A model generated the notes under the pieces. The model saw only the letters and a program-made list of their open reading frames with translations. It was not told the DNA's origin and made no database searches. The translations under genes were made by a program, and so were the position numbers. Of a stretch of DNA of 64,000 bases, positions 50,201-61,600 are shown piece by piece. The stretch is from Penicillus capitatus. Lineage: Eukaryota; Plantae; Chlorophyta. The DNA is taken from the NCBI GenBank assembly GCA_965649825.1, contig OZ287705.1:574890-638889 (forward strand), written 5' to 3'. Every line of letters begins with the position of its first letter. Position 1 is the first letter of the stretch.

Positions 50201-53200
50201 CGTCTTTCGCTTAACGGAAACTGTCCAGCGCTCATTGTCCTGGAGCTTGAGCCTAATCTCTGCACGCACCAGGAAGAAATCCTTCTTTACCTTCTCCAAA
50301 AATCCCTCAGTCGGATTGTTCACTCTCGCAGCAGGGCAGAGGGAGAACCCTTCACTGTCGTTGCACACAGCGGGAAAAATCTCTGTGACGCCTCCTTCGA
50401 ATAGAATAACAGTCTTTAGATAGACCACCATCTCCAGCGGATCCATCACCTGCGACCTTACTCTCGTGATATTCTTCGTTCACGATGGTAAAACAGCAAT
50501 GAGTGGGTGCCCGAGTGACGCCTTCATTATACAGGTAAGCATCCAGGGAGCCATGATATGTGTGCTGGAACTTCACACTCCTATAAACGCAAACCGTCTT
50601 CAGGCAGGTCGTCGGCTGTTGTGGATCTAACCATTCTCTGCCGTCCAGATCGAACGTGTTAGTGCTAAAGGATCTCTCTCTCTAGCAGAAAACTTCGAGG
50701 TACTCTACACTGTTAAGGAGAAGACACAGATCACGATGCAACAGAGGTGATGGTTTGGCAGAACAGACCTCGTATGTGGCGTAGTACTTGTACTTGTTCA
50801 GGACGAAAGTGTAAGGAATGCCCCCGGATTGTCCACTTCCCTCTGCACTCAGTGACCATCGAAGCAGAAAGTAATCGTTCAAGGACAGACCTTCGACGTG
50901 CATCAGTTCGCGAGAGTCGGGCTCCTCCCATCGATGAGGCTCTCGATCGAGATGTCTTGATATGCGCCTCATCTCCTCATCGAACTCTTTTTCATCGAAC
51001 AGCTTTATCTTGATCTCGAAGATCATCCAGCCATCACTGACAAACTCCGAGGCTTCGTCCAGCTGACTTGGAGTGGACATGTTGGCTATCCATACTACAT
51101 CGTTCCGACGGATTACACGATGACAGCCTAAACGGCACCTGTCGATGAGAGACACGGGAGATGAAGTTACTCTTCAATCTGACTCTGGCGGAGTCGACAT
51201 GACGGACACGGTCGATCTCCACGAACATTCGAACGAGGTCTTCTGCGCTCTGTTTTTGAATGGTGATGAATGGAAGACTCGAACCAGTTCTACCGTTGGC
51301 CCAGAAGAACAGTTGCCTATTCACAAAGAAACTTCAAACGGGCGCTGTGATACTCGAGAGACACTCACAGTGCCGAGTCTCCAATTCTGATGGATCTGGT
51401 TGCAACGCGCCATGGACTCATGCCTTCCAGGAATCTCGACTTCCACTAGAATCCAGCTTAAGAGCAGGACAATGCATCAAACATAAAGGATACCTGGCAG
51501 GTTGCCGTCTTCCCGTTCAGAGTGACTTCACATGACTCGTTGTCTTCCTGTTTCACTCTCATATCCAGATGAAGAAGAAAATGGTCATCTCTCAGGAATC
51601 CATTATCTGGCGACGCTATTTCGATGCACGGAAGAAGTTTGTCTTCGGAGCAGTCGTCGATGAACGAGAACTCATGAAGATGTCCTATCGAACATCTCTC
51701 AACTTCGAAGAATGTACAAATTCTGTCTCCTTTACCGGTGCGTTTACTGTGTTCACTTTTCGAATTCACTAGCTCAAATCCAAACTGCACCTCCACTGGA
51801 GTCTCGTTCTTCGATAAAAAGCAAGCAGAGAGATATCCGTCTTCATCGCGTTTCATTCCAAGACACCTGGAACACTCAAGTCATCAGCAGAACGAAAGAG
51901 TGTTTTCTGTATACCAGAGTCGGTCTTCTACCTCGAACGCGTTTGTGAAGATCTGTCCGCTCTCTTGATCCAGGAAGGATCGATGCACAAACCACTGTTC
52001 GAACACAAACGGCCATCTTAGTCTCAGATGGAGGTCTTGGATCTCTCACTTCGTAGCGTGCAAACCACTTGTTTGTTGTCAGCCTGTAGCAACGGTCGAT
52101 TTCGTCGATCCGTCCAACGCCCTCTATCAAAGGCGATCCAGAGTGATTGTAGTTCTCAGAAACAAATCGGTTGGTACCTTGATGTCGGACTTCAGTGCGA
52201 TTATCGATCTTGGGAAGACAATGCGTCGGAAGTTCTCTAAGAACTCGCGGGAGTGCGTTTCTTAAATGCTCGCGGCTGACCAGGGTAATCTTTATGGAAA
52301 GGTTCAACCAGCCGTCATCCACGGCCGAAGAAAGGTCGTCCGACAAAGCCTCCTCCTTGAGGAATCGCACCCATCCCTTAGCGGCACCAACATTAATCTC
52401 CTCCACAAACTCTGAACAGAGAGGTTGGAAAAAACCGATAACGGCGTGAAGAACTTGAGATGCTGAGGCCTTCGAAGCAGTCACTCTCCAATATGTTGTT
52501 GTCTGCAAAAAGATCACTTCTTGCGAGGCAGATTTCACCCTTAAAGCAAGCATTCCTGCCGCTCATGTTCGCAATAAGAACGCTCAGACCATCAGCACCG
52601 AAAACTCCTTTCTCCTTGCATAGCCTCAACTCTCTGTACAGCATACATGAGATAGATTGTCATCGAGCGAAGGCTGTGTTCTCCGCAACGCACATGTCGT
52701 GGCCAGGGATTTTGAACTGATCAGTTCTCAGGATAGATGGACTCAGCTCCCAGGCGTGTTTGATGTTCCACTACGTCATCCACTTTTTGGAGGTAGGAAG
52801 GTTTTGTTAATACTTACTTCGCAGAACACTGATCTCTCTCGGATCACTAGCATTCTTCGACGAATGACACATCTGGCAGATTCGTTATTTGGACTCCTTA
52901 TCCTCAGTTCTAATCGCAGCGTGAAGCAATCTTCTGTTAGGTATCCAAGTGAAGTATCCTCTGTGGCCGATGCCATGCGGAAGAAATCGACCGCCTGATG
53001 ATTACTACCACGGCCCCGACGATCGAAGAACTTCGCTGTAAGACCACACGTCTGTGCAATGTATCAGATGAGGTTATGCAAACATACCTCTGACCAGATT
53101 CTTCCTTTTTTCGTCACGGTTCTGAAACGGGAATACAACGACTCGCGCGTCGCGGTCAGCGCGAACGCGCAGCGTCGGACGGAAGAGACAAGCCTGAGCA

Positions 53201-53700
53201 AATGCAAAATGCTACAGGTGAGGCGATGCGTCAGCTTAAGTACCCTCGGTCCCCGCGGACTGCCGTCCCATCAGGAAGCGGACAGCCTGTCCGGTCCGCG
53301 GGGCCGCAACCGTTAACGCGCACCCGTCAGTTCACAAGAGTAAACGAATAGTGAGCTTGAAGAGGTAAAGTCGCCCGCGAATGCAAACTGACGAGCAATC
53401 TCTTCTCGCCCAGATGCTCGGCGAAGATCCTCCTGTCCAGAGTAAAACGAATAAGGGCCGCTAGTCGTTGCGCTCGACCTTACCATCTCTCGTCGCCGAC
53501 AGTGAAAGTGTTCGACGCTACACTTTGATTCTCCTTGTCAAGTATAGAGCGGTGCACGCGCCACTGCAACAGAGATGAGGGTTGAGATTCTGACAGCACG
53601 AATGGAGACGTTTACTTCGTAGACCCCGTACCACAGGTGTGTGCTCAGAGTGTAGGAGTACTCGACTCCATTTGACGACCCGCGTCCCTCTGCTGCACCG
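47263..53700 (-). pseudogene. Copy A: multi-MATH + five MDM2-type RING protein gene, with a probable frameshift and a premature stop
   Basis: MATH-like exons (WxVHRSxLD...NxFxVxDxxW; GYLSACFL; WGFHKFLTRNQLVDESLGFLERGWITLTV) followed by CxxC...HGNT|KHLCYCxxC...CPVC modules. 2-nt loss in an (AG)n run near 50672-50683 and TGA at 49411-49413 relative to copy B. Degenerate MATH-like sequence may extend to about 55 kb. Confidence 0.7.
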
Positions 53701-55989
53701 ATGCGGGAACCGTAAGTGGAAGAAAGACGAACCTGTAACTTGCATGACGGGACGCTGGAAATCGTTTGAGAGACTGAGCAAACGGAGCGGTGAAGCTGGC
53801 GTTGAGCAATCGAAAGAAATCCGGTGTTCGTGAAAACTCGCCGAGAAACCTTCTTCGACGCGTTTATATATCTAGAATGTTGATGTGACGCACCGTCCGC
53901 TTGCTTCTGCCACGAACCGATGCCAACGAGGACGGGGATCTTCATAGAAGCGCGAATGGCAGCAAAGAGGAAGCGATATGGAGCGAATGCGGGCAGAGAA
54001 TAGCTCTGGAGTGCCTTCCGATAAAGGCACAGCACTCTGTGCAAACCAGAACAGCATTCGATCCATCGTCGTTCTAACCAAAGATGTTTGACCTTTCGAA
54101 AGCACGAGAGAGTCGTTCGTTGTACAAGGACAGACGTTCTCAGAGTTCCAGAAGGTTGTCTGCGTGTGCACTCTAGGTTGGCGGCGCATCTGGCACATCC
54201 CAGTGTCTGCGACTGATCGTTGCCGCGTAACCAATCTCTCGTCACATTCGCTTGAGCCACCTGGTTGGGAAAAGACAAGGTGCTGTCGAAGATGTCCCGT
54301 CGAGTTGCAATAATTTACCTAGTGAAGTAGGAATGATGTCTTCCGATCGAGTTTCGCCGAGAACCACGATGCTAAACGGCGTGAAGAGCGATGTACCGTA
54401 TGCCAGGCTGATATCAACGCTTGTTAGCGCCTCTGTCGATGCTGAGTCTTAGGTTTGTCCCATCACTGAACAGAGCTTGAGGAGGGCATCGTTGGGAAAA
54501 CATGCTCCTGTCATCCCATCTGTCCGCTCAGCAAAACCGGATGCATGGATGTGCGGCGCCATCGTCACTGGAGATCGTCATCTGGTGATTTTATCCAGTC
54601 CGCCTGCGTGTGGCGGCCAAGGGAAAGAACCTGGGCGAAGGATAAGATGAATTCATTCGACACTGTTACCGACTGCATTCTTCCTATCAGCAGCAGCTTC
54701 ACGTACTGGGGTAGACTCCATGATGTATGATGATTCCATATCTTCTGCTAAACTCTGGTGCAAGTAACATCATGATGACAATGCGAATCCGATTCAATCG
54801 ATCCCGCGTTTCCGCGGTGCCGTTTTCGCCGATGGAGGCTCTTTGCTGAATCTCTTTGCAGGCACATCGTTGACGTGACCCCTGGGTCATCGCGACGTAG
54901 ATGCACGCTCATGACCCCTGCTATCCGCGCTTGACGTTGAAGTTGCCAAGTCTTCTCAACTGGTGCAAGGAATTTCTCGTCCAGAGATGCCTGAAGAAGA
55001 TGCCGTCCGTGCGGAGGGAGATCCGACACCAATGCTTGAGGTGATAACAAGAGCGCCGTTTGTGAGAATCGACAGCAAGCGTCAAGATGCACATGTGCCT
55101 TCCTGAAGATCTCCAAAACAAGGACAGTCATTAACAAGCAAGCCTGAATGATGAACGTGCGATGCGTCATTGAACGGAGAAGTGGTCCACAGATAGGATC
55201 GAATAACGGACTCTATAGGAAAACTACATCACTATTGTCGACCTGTAGAGCTCAAGACTGCTATGTATTGTCGTTAGTCGGTTTTGCCACTCTCCGATCT
55301 GCTGAGGTAGCTTCTTTCGCCAGTGGGATGACCATTGACACGACGCACAGCTGTCCGATCTGTACTGCCCGTTCCCGACTTCTCATTGCGTGCATGTCCG
55401 CCTGCGTTGTTCTTTATACATGCCTCAGCAGGTGCCGGCTCTGCCTCCAAACAGGGAACAGCAAGTCGGTCGACGTATCCCGATGCCACTGTACAACTAC
55501 CATCGCGGTAGAGACAAGCGGCGGATCCTCTGTAGCATCCTGCTCGTATGAGCATCGGTATTGCGCTCTGCTCTTCTCCGTGTCCAGGAGATTTGGCAGC
55601 GGACAGCACGCACGACGCATTAGCGGCCGAGGAGACACGATCGTCGCCCTTTGCGCGACTTCGCAGCCGTCTCGTCTCCATCGCCGATGTCTCGAGCCGC
55701 CATCCGTCGGCAGGTCAAGGAACTTGCGCATGGCAACGGCGCCGCCGAAGCCGAGTAGCTTCAGCTACCCAACCACAACGCCTGACAGACACGCGGCGCA
55801 AAGCGTCGTCTTCCAGCTTCTCTGGCCGTCTCATGGCAGACCGACGTTCGACTCGTGCTCTTCTTGACGGTGACAAAGACAACGGCCCCACGGATCCTGG
55901 AATGAGACTGGCTGGCATGTCTCCCAGCACCACCGGTCTATCAAAAGTGCATCGCATCGCAGTAGAGGGATTTAAATGTCGTGTACCAA

Positions 55990-57300
55990 ACGACCGTGCA
56001 ATCTTGATGCTCTTTTTTGTGTTTAAGCGCCATTGGCTGTCCACGATCCTAGACTGCCTCCGCGACTGTCGCGCCATCGTCTTCGTCAACGTCAACGAAT
56101 CCAGCTGCCGAGTGATCCCCGCCTCTGAAGAGCATCTCGAGGAGGACGCTGCTGAGAAGCTCTGCCACATGGACGCACAAGTGGCAGACAAAACTGACTG
56201 TTTGCAGCAAGAGTGCGGAAAGACGGATCGACAGTCGGCGTTCGATGACCTGCACAGTTTGCGCTTCATAAGACGGAATGAGACATAGGCTGATCCAGAC
56301 CTTTGGCAGCAGCGAGTACGTGGATCGACAGGCAGCGCTTTCGTTGATCGCAGCATCCAGTGGACCACGATCCACAAAGGAGAATCTCGCGTTTTCCCTC
56401 AAAAGCGATCAAGATGACTACGCTCAGGCGTATGGCGCACCTCTTGTGTGAGTGCGTGTCAACTGCCGTTATCCTGGTGGCAGAAGAGCTGTTCGGGGCT
56501 CGGCTCTCTGACCTTATCCGTCGTGGCATCTACTACATCTCCGACGCGAGATGGAAGGCCTTGTAGGTCCACACGGACGGACAATGGAAGCCGTTTCCAG
56601 GTACGACGGGGATGCAATCGAACAGTCGACGACCAAAGAGTGCAATTCATGCGCACACTGCTTGTCATCTGGACGTCTGGTCTGCCCCTATCTGCTGTAG
56701 AACTTTTTGCACCTCGGCCGACCCTCATGCTGTCTTGCCTGAGAGAAGCTCAGAATCACTTGCCTCCCTTTTGCAGCAGATCGCAGTTTGATAAACGTCA
56801 TAGAGGAGAACGAAGAGACAACAGTGCTAGCGTGAACAGTTAGTTGCATGTAAAGGAGCGAGCGACCCCTGTCTACATGTGCAGTCTGCGGCCAGATTTA
56901 CATCATCGGGCAACCTTTGCTGCACAGTTGTTGCTCTCAATCAAAAAGGGCCTCCTGCACCGCATGACAGGCTTTAGAACACAGTGAAGTTTAAACTATA
57001 CCTTTCCCTGTCTACATCACCTGGTATTCGGATTAGCGAACGGCGAGCGTTGCGTGCAGGTAATCTAAGATAAATGCCGCCTCGGCGAATCAGAGCAGAA
57101 AGTACCTTTGGACCCATAACGCGAACACGATTCCTCGCAAAAGCGCAGCGGAGAACCAGTTCATGTTCAGCTGGCAGCAGGATGACCTTTCAAGATGTCC
57201 ATTCGGACAGTCCATTCGATGTTCGCCACCGAAGCGCAGAGACGATCTTTTCGCCAGGACGACGACGCTTAGTCTTCCCTAGCTGTCGTCGCCTGCGACA
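55990..57300 (+). pseudogene. Decayed gene segment, paralogous to 20480-21760
   Basis: Same alignment as above; in-frame stops. Confidence 0.45.
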
Positions 57301-58674
57301 GTTCCTCCGCCTTCGCATACGCGTTCGCGCGCACGCGGCGCGCCAGTGTTTGGCATATCCCCGTCACTTGTGAAGTTTGCCCGTTCGTCCAGAAATGCAT
57401 GGGAAGTGTAAAAACCGACGGAACACGTCGGCCTCGGACGTGTCGCTTGACGAGTCCGTCGCCGACCGCAGTGTTCGCCGACACATAAGGACCAATCACT
57501 AGATTCCACGTAACCAATGTAATACTGCAGTATCGTTAATGCTCTGTCGAGCCCGGACGGAGGTAACACGCGAAACGACTTCACCCGCATGTCGTCGAGA
57601 ATCACATCAGAAGCTCGTCGTCAACCGATCCACTCTGCGGCATGAGGGCGATTTCCGTACCTGGGAAAGGAAGCTATTAGCGCCACTCATCAGTGATAAA
57701 GAGAGGGATCCTTCTTTTGGATGCCCTGCCGTAGTAACCACCGTGCGTAGATCTGCTCGACAGCCTCCCTGTCGGAGAACAGATAACAGAGGCTCAAGCA
57801 GAATGGAAGTGTGGACATCTCATTCTCGACTTGTTATATGCGTCGTTGTTACACGCATCTGCTGACCCACGCTGCTCCACTATGTCTCGAAAGAAGTTCT
57901 CGGCTGTTCTGCCCGGCAAAGAAAAGGGGCGAAGTTGTACAGAGGAATCTTTCCGTCGACGAGGACAACTCGCGACTTTACAGAGAACTTTTCTTAAGTG
58001 TCGTCTTAGTCAAAGGTCGAGGCAACGTCATTGTCCGGCATGATCTCCGCGAGCTTCGAGCTACGCACGCTGGTGACCAAACTTTACGTCGACGGTCTCG
58101 TAGAATTGTTTCGAACTCGATGTATGGACACTTGACTAGGCTGCAGAATCTGTGTAGCTGTTTCTTTCACGGCATCGAGATAACTGGATGACAGAGAGGC
58201 TGCCGTGTCCCGGGCAGATGGCTGGACAGTGTGATCGGGCAGCTCGGTCCTTCTAAGGGTTAGGAATCTCTGGAAAGAGTGCGATAAACGTTCAGGGTCA
58301 AACCCACTGTTCCATGCGATCGATGGACGGGAGATCAAGGAAAGAGGACCTTTCTGTATTAAAAGGGCAAATGCACAACATAGGGTATCACTGTTATAAG
58401 AATTGGCGTAAGTGACTGAAGAACACATTTGTTTCTTAAGAATGAAATAGAGAGTGTGTGAAGAGCATCGCCGCAGGGTCAATGCTTTAACAAAACTCAG
58501 AAACTGATGACGACAAAGCATGCTGCCGTCAATACAATGTCGCGCAGATAATGAACATGTCACATAACTTCGCTTCTTCGTCAGAGAGATAATGTGTGAG
58601 TGTGTGCGTTGCGCTGCTGACCGCAGCCGGGTTTTGAAATGAATTGTTAATTGACGAAAAGTAAAAGAGGGTGT

Positions 58675-61600
58675 TCAGAGAAGCAAGTCTGCGCTCTCGC
58701 TTCTGCGCAGCTTGTATGGGTCGTCGTCATCCAGATCGTTTGCCGCATCAAGCCCTCCCGTGAAGCTCTTGCATCTGCGCAGTTTCGAGAAGTCCGCCTT
58801 GTCAGCTGCATCGATGGCCGGGATCTCGGCAGCACTCTTGCATCGGCGCAGTCTGGAAGGTGTCTCGTCCAGCACCTCCTCGATGACGATCTGCTTCACG
58901 TCTTCGTCGAACGCGAGCCTCTCAGTCGTCTTCCTGACAGCCGTCTCTGACGGTGGCAGCTCTCTGGCGAGCATGGCGCTCTTGCATCGGCGCATCCCCA
59001 GACTCTTCCTTTCGTCCGACGCATCCTGCATGATGATCCTATGGACCACTTCTCGACACACTGGGCACCTGATCGCCTTGCCACTGCGCAGACTGTCCTT
59101 GAGCACGGCCAGCGCACAAGCATCGCAGTAGCACTTGTGTCTCCTGGTGCAGCAGGATGCGGGATTGGAATGGATACTGGAAATTGCTCTTACGTTTTGT
59201 CTCCGTGGACGGCAGAGCATGTGGGCACTGCTGCTTCTGCGTCAGAGTCCGTCGTCGCCTTGGACGATGCAGTTTTGCTCTTCTTCGAGCGATCTCCCGA
59301 CTTGACAACTTCTTCCTTCGCCTTAGGAGCAGAACGGTTCGCTTTCTGTGCACGTTCAGCCGCCTTGGAGGTTTCTCCCTTCGTCTCTGCGGTTGAAGCT
59401 TTCTTCTTCTGTGTTTCGTCTTCTGCCTCGTTTGCGTTTTCCTTTATCTCAGAGGTCGAACCTCTAGTCTTCTGTGTGTTATCTTTCGACTTGCAAGCTA
59501 CTTTCTTTGCCGTGGAAGTTGAGCCTTTGGTCTCCTTCGTTCGTTCTGCTGCCTTGCTGGCCTCTTTCTTTGCCTTACACAGTAGACACTCCTTGATCTC
59601 CGCCTCGACAATTCTTGGCTTCCAGGGAGCGGCGTTCATGATGACGCGATCGACTTGCTTGCGGCAAAATGGAAAAGGACACACACGCGTCTCCCGGGCC
59701 TTGAACTTCCTCACAATCTTCTTGTTGCTCTTAATGCAGTAACACAGATGCCTGCTGCAGCAATGTTGGAGTGCGACAATTCATCAAACGAATAAAGACG
59801 CACTTGATTTTGTGATCACTGTCTTGGGTCGTCTGGCTGAACGGACATTGATTATCCCAGGAGAACGTTGCACTCTCACTCCTGTGCAGCGGCGGGACAT
59901 GTCGCAGAGTCCAGGTATCCTCGATGACAGTCTGATCGGACGGTACTTGTTGGATTGGAGTGCCGACTGCATCACAGTGCGAGGTAATCCTTGATAGCTT
60001 GCCCAAAACCGATGTTGCTTCGGAGTATATATATATCGACATTAATTTTAGTATCGGCGCATTATGCTTGTCTTCAGCAACTGTCTCACTTGTCGCCTTT
60101 AGGTGACCTTGGGTCTCGGCGTCATAGGTGCTCAACAATTTCACCATCGTTTCTTCTAGGACGGACATTAATTCATCGTATAATTTCATCACTGAGTATG
60201 TCTGCATGTTTTGACTGCCTTCCGCGACGGTCTGGCTCGATGACTCTTGCTGAAGTTGGACTTCGGCTCCACAGCAGTCCCAAATCGTATCAAACATCTG
60301 CTTGAGAGCAGACAATGCTTCCATGTATATGCGCAGCGTTAAACTCCTCTGTGTGACCTGTCTTCTTTCGGAGACCATCTGGCTGGATGACTCTTGCTGA
60401 CCTGGGACCTTGGCTCTTTGAACGGCCGGAGTTTCCGTAAGCAGCTTTCTGATAGCACGCAATGCTTCAAAGTATCTGTCCCGCGCTAAGCCCTTCTGCG
60501 CGTTCCTTGCGCCTTCAGCAACGGTCTGATTCGGCGGCTCTCGCTGTACTGGGACCACAGCTCTACGCATGCCAAGAATCTCGTCTTCCAGCTCCTCTCG
60601 AACTGTCTCTGCGCTCTTGCATCTGCGCAGAGCGGGGACGCGCTCATCGTCAGCAGCATCCCTGACGACGATGCGGTCCGCCTCTCTCTGACACACTGGG
60701 CACTTGAGCTTGCACTTCTTTGCAAGCGCCTCCATAAACTCTTTGCATGCACAGACCTGGCAGTAACATACGTGCTCCCTGAACATCAACGTATGCAACA
60801 AGTTTATCAATGTTTATCTGATCGAGCATACGTGGATCCGTGCAGGACTGAGCAGGTTGGATTGTCAGCACCGCACACATAACATGTCGATGTTGTCTTC
60901 CCCACGGGCGATATCTTCTTTGGACACGCCTTTCTGACGACACAGTCCTGAATGACTCTGACCCTCAGTCTCCTGGCAAGTTCTTTGCCACAGTCCGTGC
61001 AGTAGCATAGGTGCTTCCTGACACAGAAAGACATGCCGAAGAACGCGTGATGGCGACAGCACTACGTGTTGCCATGTCTGACGGCGCAGGTGGGGTCGAT
61101 GAGACATGTGGGACATCGCTCGAAGTAGGGACCGTCGTTCATGATGACTCTCTCCACCAGCTGCTCGCACACAGGGCACTTGATCTCCTGCCCATCAAGC
61201 AGCGGCTCCTTCAACTTCTTGGCGCACTTTGTGCAGTAGCACAAATGCTTTCTGGCAGTAAGGCATCAGTGGGTTGTTAAGGAGAGAGTGCCTTTACGTG
61301 TTGCCGTGACGCACGGAGCACGTTGGATCGATTCGGCAATACCCGCACTGCGGCACGCGATCGACATCGAGGAGGGTGACTCTAGCAGTCAATGTGATCC
61401 AGCCCCTTTCCAGGAATCCGAGTGACTCGTCCGTCAACTGGTCGTCCGTCAGAAACTTAGAGAAGTCTGACATTCTGTACCCTCCGATGATCTCGGTAAA
61501 TTCTGTAGAACAAGTTTATGGACGAGCTTTTTTTGAATGAAGAGCATGCTGACTTCTAACTTCGTCTTCCGAAGTCTTCTTTTTCGATTTGTGATGCAAG

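Noticed and set aside
55750-56850. TIR-like or kinase-like labels for the decayed duplicated segment
   Set aside because: Only loose, frame-broken similarities and no catalytic or box motifs.
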